IMG/VR virus record: IMGVR_UViG_3300020042_004057
Coordinates: 1 to 28,526 of that record
DNA: 28,526 bases
Source: a virus
Taxonomy: Duplodnaviria; Caudoviricetes
Strand: one strand, 5' to 3'
The position numbers and the translations under genes are program-made. The notes beneath the pieces are model-generated. The model was not told the DNA's origin. It searched no databases and saw only the letters and a list, made by a program, of their open reading frames with translations. Shown here piece by piece: positions 6,801-14,260 of the stretch; position 1 is the first letter of the stretch; each line of letters opens with the position of its first letter.

Positions 6801-9800
6801 GAAACTGGAGTATGTGCGTGACCATACCTTTCCAACAGATCCATGTCGTCTTGTAGGTTATTAAGGGCGACAAAATCTTTGTCGCCGGTAACCATATCAA
6901 CCAATTGACTGCGTGAAATCCTGTTCATTTCACCAGACATAATCTGATTAAATACTTTTTGGACTGCGTATTTGTTGTCAAAACCAAACACTGATTTCAG
7001 ACCTTCAAACATCCTTTGAACAAACAACTTGAACCGTTGCCATGCGGTTCCAAGCTGGCTTGCCATAAGCTTTTCTGCGTTAACTGCCCAGTATTCTGAT
7101 GGGTTGACGTATTGATACATCTCATAGCCAGGCAAAGCAGCCATGGCTTTTTCATGGTTAGCCAAACTAGGATTTTCTATAAAATTTAATACCGCATTAA
7201 AAAACTTTTGATGAAGCTCATCTTGGTTTTTTTCTGATGCTTTTTGTAAATCTTTCAGCCATGCGTCAAAAACAACTTGACGCTGCGCGCCAGACATCAT
7301 TTGCTCTAATGAGTGGTTAAGCTCGTGCCGTATTGATTTTGGGTCGGTTGCGCCAGTTGTAGATTTAAACAGCCTTACTATTCTGGCTAACGGAACAAAC
7401 ATTGCCGCCGCTCTATTGTTGCTATCTTTGCCGTGAGACCTAACGCTAAGCCTTATCCCGTCAAGTAGCTGTGGATACTTGTTATACGCAACTTGAGCAA
7501 CGGCAAGCACATCAGCAGATATATTGCCCGCATCGTATTCGGACAAAGCTTTTGCCAAGAATGTTTCTGGGGATGTGCTGGTGGGGGTGCTTATATCAAT
7601 TGCGGTTTTTAAGTAACTGCTTCTGCCCATCAAAGATGAGAGGCTTCTTTGGAGATCTGTGGATACCTCTCCTTCCGCAACCTTACGAACAGCGGACGCC
7701 ATCCGACGCCTAAGTCCGGCGTATTCGTTTATCTGCTCGCGCCGAATGTCGGTATTTCTTTGCGCAAGCTCTCCGGCTGAAAGGGGAGGCTGCGAGTCTA
7801 TGTTGAAAAGAAAGTCTTCTTTCTTGCCAAAGGTGACGTTCTTGCCAAGAACCATGTTACCAATTTGAAGAACTTCATCAGCCGCAATTACTGGGACTGT
7901 TGTGCGACGGTCGTAGAAGTAAGAATGACGGGTGGGATTTAAACCTATCTGCGTCCACGCCGGGTCAATTAATGCTAACTTTGCTTGCTCATAAATTTGT
8001 TCAGGAGTTGTCGAAACATAAGAACCTTCAATTGTTTGAAGGGGTTTTTTTGCCTCTCCAGCCGCTATATTAAGGGCCGCGCTTTGATTGCCAGGGCTAA
8101 ATTTAACATTGATAGCTTTAGCCGAACTACTATATCCAATTATTCTTCCAGAACCAGATTTTGTTCCTTTTTCGTGAATAGAAACAACATGTACGCCTTT
8201 GCGATTAAAAGACGGAATATCAAGCCTTAAACCAACGGCGGTTCCATTGGTAATTTTGGGGTTGACTTGTTTGCCTTGCGTTGAAGTAAGTGCATCTACC
8301 ATTTTTTCAATGGTGGCTGGAACTAATGGATCAGTAAAAATGTAAATCGGTTTGTATTTATTAACCAGACTATCAAACTGAGCGGTGGTCATGGTGCCGT
8401 CTTTGACCATCTGCGCGGCAGCAGCAAGCTCTGGAGAACGACCAGGCGGGAGCTTTTTCTTAGCCGTTGGCAGCTGATCCATTTCGTTCAAAGCCTTGGA
8501 CTCAGCTGGATTCGCGGCGGCTATCTTGTCGGTAATGTCAGACTCGTTTTTAAGGTCATACTCCTTTGGTATAAAGCTAGTCCTGCCGCCGTCCTCATCT
8601 ATTATTCCATCAAGTCCGATTGAATATAGCGCAGAAATTGCCATGCTTAATTCAACAGGGTCTACTTGGCGCTCATCATTCCTATTGGACATAACATCCA
8701 ACAATTCTTGTCCAGTAACGTCTTCGTCTACCAAATTAAGGAACATGTCTTCCCAAAGAACGGCGTCGTCTGTTGTTCCCCGAAACCCCGCCGCAAGGGC
8801 CTCACGCACATCGGCTGGCTGTTCTGACAAACGCTTGTCTCCAATTAGATTGGTTCCAGCGTCTTTTGCGCCCGCCTCTCCGGGCTTGCCTTCCTGCCTT
8901 CTTCTGCTTGGCAGCGTTACGTTGGTGCGTGGGGATCTAAGCACACCTTGTTCGGAATGCTTTGATACATTGAACGCACTTTGTGGGTTGCTGACAATGC
9001 TTGTAACAACGGTAGTTGTTGGTTGATACCCAGCAATACCCTCAAACGTCTGTTCCAGAGTCTGGCTCATTGGGGTGATGTATTGAATACCGCCATCTGC
9101 AAACTGTTTTTCTATGTGATCGTTGTAAAATTTTTCTCCGTAATTAATGCAGCCATAGGATATGAAGTTATCATCCGCAGTTGGCGTTGAGAGGCGTTTT
9201 AGCCTGTTTTCTGCCGGGTTTCCTGTATATGCAATGTGACCAACAAGAGAAGAGTTGCCAAGTTTTATAAAATCAAAAGATGTCCCAGATTTACGCCGCT
9301 CTATTTTTCCTTTAAATCTGCCGGCTGGAGTAACCTTTTCTTCTTTTGTTGTTTGCGCTACTGTCTTTTCAATTGCAGAACGCGGGATAACGTCTTTATC
9401 TTTGGCAGCGCCCAACAGAACTGGCGCGGCGGCAACAAGATTTCCCTTCGCATCAAATACATAACTAGTTGCAATTGGTTTGTCAGTTATTATGAATGGC
9501 AAGCCTTCGTTATCGTTAGTTCCGACAACATAGTGGGCAAGCCTAGCGGTGGTAACTGACGGAATTATGGCACCAAAGTTTGCCTTTGGTTTCTCTACAA
9601 TTTTTACCAGTTCTGTTGTTTGTATAGAGGGTATGTTGAATGCTTGAGATTCTGCGTTGAATGTAACCGGATTGAACGCAACACCAACAGCCAGGATAGT
9701 GGCAAGAAGTTTCTTAATAACATTGCGTATGCCTTTGGCTACAGCATTGATGCCCTTTTCAATGGCACGCTGTATATCGGCGCGTAACTTCGTGGCAAAC

Positions 9801-12800
9801 CCATCCGTGTTTTTCTTATAACCGTAATGGTCTTCAAGCTTCTCAACCTCTTTGTCGTTGAGTTTCTCGAGGGCTGCGTCTACTTTTTTGTTATCCGACT
9901 CTTCTGTTTGAGCAGTTGTTTCGGTAGGTTTAGTCGCGTCTATGGAAAAATAATCCGTGCGCCGTTCTGGAAAACGAGCGCGAGCCACATCACCAATTGC
10001 CCATAATTGCAGGCTATCTCTGTTGACAACGGGTTTTCCGTTTACAACAGGATGAGCTAATACTGAACCTTGGCGCGATGACCACACCTCGAATTCGTTA
10101 CCCTTGCCGTCTTTGAAACGATCGCCTTTTACCGGTTCTCGTTCTTCTGTCTTGACTTCATCCGTCTTTTTTTCTCCATCAAGCATATCACTCTGACGAG
10201 ACAACTCTTGCTCGGCCTTCTTCTTATCAATCTCCGCCTGCTCTGCCTTGCTTACTTCTTCAGATGGCGTCAGCGAAAAATCAGCCTTCTTGGATGCTTC
10301 GGCAATAGCCTTTTTGTCACGTTCTTTTTTTTCTTTGGCCTCAACTTCCGCTGCGGCTTTTTCTTCCGCCGCTTTAGCTTCTTTCGCTTTTCTTTCGCGT
10401 TTTCTAATCTGGGCCTCGGTTTCGCCGGTCAGTATTAGCTCTTCTGGCTTGGCTTCGCCGGTTCCACCTTTTTCATTTTTTCCAGGTATTCCTGTTGCGC
10501 TGGGTTGAGGGGTAGCCCCCTCAGCATTTGCCTGAACAGCCCCAGTCCCTTCGGTTGTTGCCACATCTTGCGCGATTGGTCTTTCATATCCATCCCTTAT
10601 TTTATTCAGAACGTCTTCTCGTGTAGCGCCTGTGCCAAACATGTCTGTAGATGGTTCAAAAGCTGTTTTGTATGCAAGATTTGCGGCATTTCGCAAAGCC
10701 ACTATAGCCGCTTTGTTACTGCGCGGGTTTGCCGCAAACAATGCAACTATAATCTGTGCATCTGGCGACATTTCTATATCAGATTGAATGGCGGCTTCTT
10801 TTAAGTTAAGACCCCTGCTCCTAGCGTTAAGTATGGCTATCGCACCATCAGTAACAATGTCTCTTATATCAAGTATTCCCGCTCCTTCAAGCCGCGACAT
10901 TTGCGGAGCCACTTGGGCCAAAGCAGATAAAAGCAATTTACCTTCGGCATTATTTGCCTGCGAGAACAAACCAATAAGTCTGTCGTTGTTATACGCCTTG
11001 GCAAATATAGCCGCTTCAAGTCTTGCGTAAGCTAGTTTGGACGGAACACCTTTTTTGTCCATTAACTCTTCTAATTCTGTTTCTGGCATTCCGCGTATGA
11101 ATTGCCTTACAGCATTAGCAGTTACATCGCCATCATCATTAAATTCTAATGCGTTTAGATCAACCCTATTGATATCGTTTTTGGCTTGTGCAACAGCACT
11201 CAAACCAAGACCTGTTCTAATGTTTGAAACGTCGCCTATGTCTGAGGTTATATCGGATTCCGACATAATCCTTACTGTCATTCGATTGGGTATTCTTGCA
11301 ACTACTTCAAGCGATACGCCGTGCATACGATCTTGAATTAATTCGCTTTTGTATTTATCGGCTGTTCCGGCTTTATACGCTTCTTGTATTCCTTCTTTTC
11401 TACCATTTCCCGCTATTGCGCGTGGTTGCTTGATACTAGAATCGTTGTAGTCTTTATTAACCGTTCCATCTATAAAGTTAGATGCCAAAATAGAATTTGC
11501 ATCTACAACTGCGTATTGAATTGGTATGCGACGCCCCGTTGCCGTAACAGCAAAATCCTTTCTTCCTAACTGTTCAATTGGAATGTTGCCACCGGCAATT
11601 ACGGGAGCGCCGTTTGCAAAATCTCTAGAAAACCCAAGACGCCCATAGTCAGGGTCTGCGGCGATCCCTTGCATCTGGTTAATAGATGCATCGCTCGACC
11701 GGTCCCTGTTTTGAAGAATCGGCGCGGGAGTTTTCTTTTCAACTACTTCGGCCACCTCTTCAGGTTTGACGCCGGCAGCGCGAAGCATGACCTCTTTGTC
11801 CCAGAACCGACCATCCTTTAGGTCAAAGGAGCCAGTGAGCGGGTTTATTTTTACAATCTTTTCTGCTATTAATTTACCGAGGGCGGCTCTTGCTTGCTCT
11901 TGGGTAAGCCCAAACTGCTCCATTACCGAAGACTCAAAGCTGTCCATGGCTGCTTTACCGCGAGCCACAAAACCTGTTACCGGAGGCTTTTCTTCAATTC
12001 TTTCGACAGTTTCGGCTTTAAATGCCTTGCGTGCGTCTTCAATTGTTAGAAGCACGATGCTGATGGTTTTTATACCGCCCTTGGTGAGAGACTCGATTCG
12101 CTGAAGTATTTCCTCGTCGGTGCGGCCTTTGGCTACTCCATTGCGTATCTCAATATCCACCATATTACGCAACAAATCCTGCTCCTCCATCGGCAGGCTC
12201 TCGTTTGGCGCATCTACTTTTGCGGGGCCGTTAATGACTAACCCGCGACCCTTTACGGTAACTTCTGCAAGAGTCTGGCGGGCAGCGGTTGTTGCGGCAG
12301 GGGTAGTTTCAATAACCGTCCGCGACCCGCTTGCGTCCGCAGGGCTTACAACACCGTTGCGCTCCATTTCTTCTATGAGGGCTATCGCCTCGTCAAAGCG
12401 TATGTTTAACTGTCGTTGCACTAAGCTCGGGGAGGCTCTATCAGTTGTGCGGACAATCTCAACGGCTTTGTTGTACAGATCATCCGGCGCGGCAGTCTTG
12501 GTTTCGTTGGATGATCCTTCTAGTGTAACACCTGTTACACTAGGGTCTTCAAGATCGTCAATAGCGGGAGCCTCAAAATCACTGGGCGCAAGTAAACCCT
12601 TGGGGACTACCCTCTGCTCCTCAGGTGCAGCTTCTCCCGCCGCAGGGACAACTTGGGCTGCTTCTGTTTTTGGCTCTGCTGCTACAACTGCTGGAGCTAT
12701 TGGTGCGGCTGTTACCCTGCCTTGTGGGGGCTGCGGACGCGCCGCAGGAGCGGCTGTAGAGAGGTATTGGGCTTGGTCTGGATTCAGTCTAGCCAATGCC

Positions 12801-14260
12801 TCGCGACGAGATCCTTCTTGCGTATAACCTTTTTCGGCAATGTCTTGCTGCAATGCTTTGCCAATTTTTTGGCTTGGAGATAGTGTTGCATCCTTGCTTA
12901 GTTCTACACCTTTAACGGCAGAACCAAGAACATTCCCAGCCAGACCCTCAAGAACGCCGGCAAAAACAGCGCCTCGGAAAGTGGGAACATCTACTAGCCC
13001 CTCCCTCTGTTGGGCAATATTAGATGCAACAGCCTCTTGAAACGCTTGCAGAAATTCTGGCGCACCCTCATAAATACCGGCCTCTGCTAATTTTTTTGTA
13101 ATGGTAACAAAATTATTTTTGGCATAATCTTTAGCTAAAATTTTTGCAGAGTCTGCTGTGGCGGATCTTGCAAGAATTTTATTTACCATTCCTTTTATAA
13201 GGACTGATTCTATGCCGGTTTTGCTAGCAAACGCCCCGAGACCGCCGCCCAAAAGTATGTTGTCAAGGTTTTTGCCATTGTATTTTTGAGCTTCTTGCGC
13301 TGTTTTATCAGCAATTTCTGGATTTACTCCAGCCTCAATAAGGGCTTTTTTTGTTTCTTCGTAGATGGTGCCTTTTATAGTTCCAGCACCCATCATTGCG
13401 CCAATTCCAACGCCAACCCCCGTAGCAACCGCAGCGGGCGCACCAAAAAAGGCTGTTGCTAATCCGGCAACCAATGCTGGCGCTGCCGTCCCAAAAGCAT
13501 TAACAAGTGTGTCTACCGGAGCTACGCCAAGCGCACGAATAGCTCCACCAATCTGCGCCTCAATACCCTTGTCTTCAACTTCTTTTTTAATGCGAGCAAT
13601 TTCTTTGGAATTGTTTTGCGATTGAGCGGACATTAACTTGCCAAGATAGTCTTCCGAACTACGCAAAACTTTAGAAGTTTCACTGTCTGCCCCAAAAAAA
13701 TCCGTTATTGAACGGACGCCACTTACGGTTCCTTTGGTAAGTTGCAAAGGAACGTCAGCAAATTGTCTGGCTACAGATTGCTCCTCTGGCACTGGCAAAA
13801 CAATTGGAGCATTGACCGAATCACCACGAATTACTTTTCCCTGTCTATCAATAATGGTATTAACAGTTGCCCGTTTTTGAGCTATAGCTAATTCACTTTC
13901 AGTTGGGGGCGGCTCAACAGGGCGCTCTACTTGCGGGGCAACGGGCACAACCCTGCGTGTTGGCACTTGAAAACGATACGGTTCACTTGCTATTGCCAGT
14001 TCTTTTTCTGTTGGTTCTTCAATGGGCTGAACTACCGCTGGCGCAACAAGCGGCGCTGGCGTAACAGGTAGCCTATTACGCATCCGCTTGCCTTGCGCCA
14101 TGATGTTACTGCTTACAGGAACAAACGGGACAGTTGCACTGGGCGGCCCCTCGGCTGCGTTTGTTGCGGGCTTCTGTGTAGCCAGCCACTGCTCTGGCGA
14201 CAATGGTGCCGAAGCTGCGGGAGCGGTCTGCTGGGTTGCCAGCCATTCTTGCGGACTCAT
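3842..14260 (-). CDS. giant polyvalent internal virion/ejection protein (~3472 aa) with C-terminal LPD38-like region
   Basis: Uninterrupted 10.4-kb ORF and last gene of the structural operon. The start is placed at 14260 (MSPQEWLA) because it forms an ATGA overlap with the upstream gene. It contains several recognisable domains, listed separately. Confidence 0.9.
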   Translation of the reverse strand: MSPQEWLATQQTAPAASAPLSPEQWLATQKPATNAAEGPPSATVPFVPVSSNIMAQGKRMRNRLPVTPAPLVAPAVVQPIEEPTEKELAIASEPYRFQVPTRRVVPVAPQVERPVEPPPTESELAIAQKRATVNTIIDRQGKVIRGDSVNAPIVLPVPEEQSVARQFADVPLQLTKGTVSGVRSITDFFGADSETSKVLRSSEDYLGKLMSAQSQNNSKEIARIKKEVEDKGIEAQIGGAIRALGVAPVDTLVNAFGTAAPALVAGLATAFFGAPAAVATGVGVGIGAMMGAGTIKGTIYEETKKALIEAGVNPEIADKTAQEAQKYNGKNLDNILLGGGLGAFASKTGIESVLIKGMVNKILARSATADSAKILAKDYAKNNFVTITKKLAEAGIYEGAPEFLQAFQEAVASNIAQQREGLVDVPTFRGAVFAGVLEGLAGNVLGSAVKGVELSKDATLSPSQKIGKALQQDIAEKGYTQEGSRREALARLNPDQAQYLSTAAPAARPQPPQGRVTAAPIAPAVVAAEPKTEAAQVVPAAGEAAPEEQRVVPKGLLAPSDFEAPAIDDLEDPSVTGVTLEGSSNETKTAAPDDLYNKAVEIVRTTDRASPSLVQRQLNIRFDEAIALIEEMERNGVVSPADASGSRTVIETTPAATTAARQTLAEVTVKGRGLVINGPAKVDAPNESLPMEEQDLLRNMVDIEIRNGVAKGRTDEEILQRIESLTKGGIKTISIVLLTIEDARKAFKAETVERIEEKPPVTGFVARGKAAMDSFESSVMEQFGLTQEQARAALGKLIAEKIVKINPLTGSFDLKDGRFWDKEVMLRAAGVKPEEVAEVVEKKTPAPILQNRDRSSDASINQMQGIAADPDYGRLGFSRDFANGAPVIAGGNIPIEQLGRKDFAVTATGRRIPIQYAVVDANSILASNFIDGTVNKDYNDSSIKQPRAIAGNGRKEGIQEAYKAGTADKYKSELIQDRMHGVSLEVVARIPNRMTVRIMSESDITSDIGDVSNIRTGLGLSAVAQAKNDINRVDLNALEFNDDGDVTANAVRQFIRGMPETELEELMDKKGVPSKLAYARLEAAIFAKAYNNDRLIGLFSQANNAEGKLLLSALAQVAPQMSRLEGAGILDIRDIVTDGAIAILNARSRGLNLKEAAIQSDIEMSPDAQIIVALFAANPRSNKAAIVALRNAANLAYKTAFEPSTDMFGTGATREDVLNKIRDGYERPIAQDVATTEGTGAVQANAEGATPQPSATGIPGKNEKGGTGEAKPEELILTGETEAQIRKRERKAKEAKAAEEKAAAEVEAKEKKERDKKAIAEASKKADFSLTPSEEVSKAEQAEIDKKKAEQELSRQSDMLDGEKKTDEVKTEEREPVKGDRFKDGKGNEFEVWSSRQGSVLAHPVVNGKPVVNRDSLQLWAIGDVARARFPERRTDYFSIDATKPTETTAQTEESDNKKVDAALEKLNDKEVEKLEDHYGYKKNTDGFATKLRADIQRAIEKGINAVAKGIRNVIKKLLATILAVGVAFNPVTFNAESQAFNIPSIQTTELVKIVEKPKANFGAIIPSVTTARLAHYVVGTNDNEGLPFIITDKPIATSYVFDAKGNLVAAAPVLLGAAKDKDVIPRSAIEKTVAQTTKEEKVTPAGRFKGKIERRKSGTSFDFIKLGNSSLVGHIAYTGNPAENRLKRLSTPTADDNFISYGCINYGEKFYNDHIEKQFADGGIQYITPMSQTLEQTFEGIAGYQPTTTVVTSIVSNPQSAFNVSKHSEQGVLRSPRTNVTLPSRRRQEGKPGEAGAKDAGTNLIGDKRLSEQPADVREALAAGFRGTTDDAVLWEDMFLNLVDEDVTGQELLDVMSNRNDERQVDPVELSMAISALYSIGLDGIIDEDGGRTSFIPKEYDLKNESDITDKIAAANPAESKALNEMDQLPTAKKKLPPGRSPELAAAAQMVKDGTMTTAQFDSLVNKYKPIYIFTDPLVPATIEKMVDALTSTQGKQVNPKITNGTAVGLRLDIPSFNRKGVHVVSIHEKGTKSGSGRIIGYSSSAKAINVKFSPGNQSAALNIAAGEAKKPLQTIEGSYVSTTPEQIYEQAKLALIDPAWTQIGLNPTRHSYFYDRRTTVPVIAADEVLQIGNMVLGKNVTFGKKEDFLFNIDSQPPLSAGELAQRNTDIRREQINEYAGLRRRMASAVRKVAEGEVSTDLQRSLSSLMGRSSYLKTAIDISTPTSTSPETFLAKALSEYDAGNISADVLAVAQVAYNKYPQLLDGIRLSVRSHGKDSNNRAAAMFVPLARIVRLFKSTTGATDPKSIRHELNHSLEQMMSGAQRQVVFDAWLKDLQKASEKNQDELHQKFFNAVLNFIENPSLANHEKAMAALPGYEMYQYVNPSEYWAVNAEKLMASQLGTAWQRFKLFVQRMFEGLKSVFGFDNKYAVQKVFNQIMSGEMNRISRSQLVDMVTGDKDFVALNNLQDDMDLLERYGHAHTPVSGTSSLKKAVLTATTTAKQIFKKGVEDPKSLAIDAITTADRATIYMRNKNVWFGTGLDAAEYSAFNGQMRDANGLVNASIALDNAIRATAISSQVVLNGGIKYDPNSLSYVAEKRDKGMVGVYKAESLIKKKLGNQLGTDIIQGYLEAKRSLSIRNELVARQDQLNQLAADLITLKSNPNADPDDISALKMEISEAKKALTAIELVERKVSMSNGEIRDFLSRARAHPELGDIMTNYNAVNQNLLVFWRDVGLISEARYELLSNIKDYIPWYRIMEDGTISADTDEAGSALQSTTRSMTNIGREKLFKAGRPSVSTRFKAKQGQQTFKIQPSRVVGVEINENPINPNDVRSAPNGEVTINVPINEGDIVEFKTNREIQNMVDNMTRSVMRMTMNGLRKNAANHIVDRYATRNLNGQLTVFPKVDKDKGRFTHISNGRNIVVEIEDKLIAEAVFGMENLDIKMLYGFNYLANFTRRLITIDPEFQLKQLLMDAPVAAWASGTKHWYKLLGGVYKNFVYTLVRPVANKVGVTLTGNQNFDIEPVARTLQLAGIGGYHIPSRTAEKEVKMQVGIMNRNAFQFILKALDHIGDSSDVAPRIATYKRVLAETGDEALALYRAANVINFHHRGSGQVAQILVKTVPFISAYANATDVMAQTLAGGGLKGKSRKAAFAQMAITGTSLGILTLLLRCAIGDDDEYKKYDDKTRYGNYIIPGTNIMLPMHNSGAFFFKVLPEFLYDKYIEESTATPKDATRLKEALKTAAIDMLLGPTPVPSGARPVIEIGINRSFLTGRPVVPVGLNGVEAAEQYTATTSELGKYVSSATRGALNPIQADHIIRGFFGSVGSLAQWASNLIGEAAEKRPAMTDKQNPFYGAFVKPVQRGPEDLFYDFKERVDEKYKTMELQIDRQNVKGVLSNVEENKRLIAMHDYVDNTNKELSRINKIIREISEGQMNPMSPQEKRKTIELLQRAKNSTLTGVEKMRSISGL
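4200..4735 (-). other. LPD38-like (large polyvalent protein-associated) domain
   Basis: DDDEYKKY...NYIIP...FKVLPE...PVIEIGINRSFLTGRPVVP...EQYTATTSELGK...NPIQADHIIRGFFGS matches the remembered LPD38 pattern. Boundaries are approximate. Confidence 0.7.
7070..7460 (-). other. zincin-like metallopeptidase domain
   Basis: SIRHELNHSL (HExxH, 7313-7327) with downstream NPSEYWAVNAE supplying a candidate third Glu ligand. Confidence 0.6.
9070..9545 (-). other. L,D-transpeptidase (YkuD-like) domain
   Basis: DNEGLPFIITDK...VFDAKGNLVAAAPVLLG...TPAGRF...GH...NRLKRLSTPTADDNFISYGCIN. Catalytic His and Cys candidates are present. Confidence 0.8.
10900..11722 (-). other. DdrB-like ParB superfamily domain
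   Basis: LQNRDRS...QMQGIAADPDYGRL...GAPVI...QYAVVDA...AIAGNGR...DIGDVSN...LSAVAQAKND. The GNGR motif is typical of this ParB-like family. Confidence 0.75.
12311..12487 (-). other. FtsK gamma-like winged-helix domain
   Basis: DDLYNKAVEIVRTTDRASPSLVQRQLNIRFDEAIALIEEMERNGVVSPADASGSRTVI aligns without gaps to the FtsK gamma pattern DxLyxxAVxxVxxxxxASxSxvQRxlxIGYNRAAxliexMExxGiVSxxxxxGxRxVl. Confidence 0.85.

Noticed and set aside
12311-12487. Annotating the giant ORF as ftsK, or treating the window as bacterial chromosome
   Set aside because: Only the ~60-aa gamma-like domain is present, no Walker A/B motor was seen, and the context is entirely phage.
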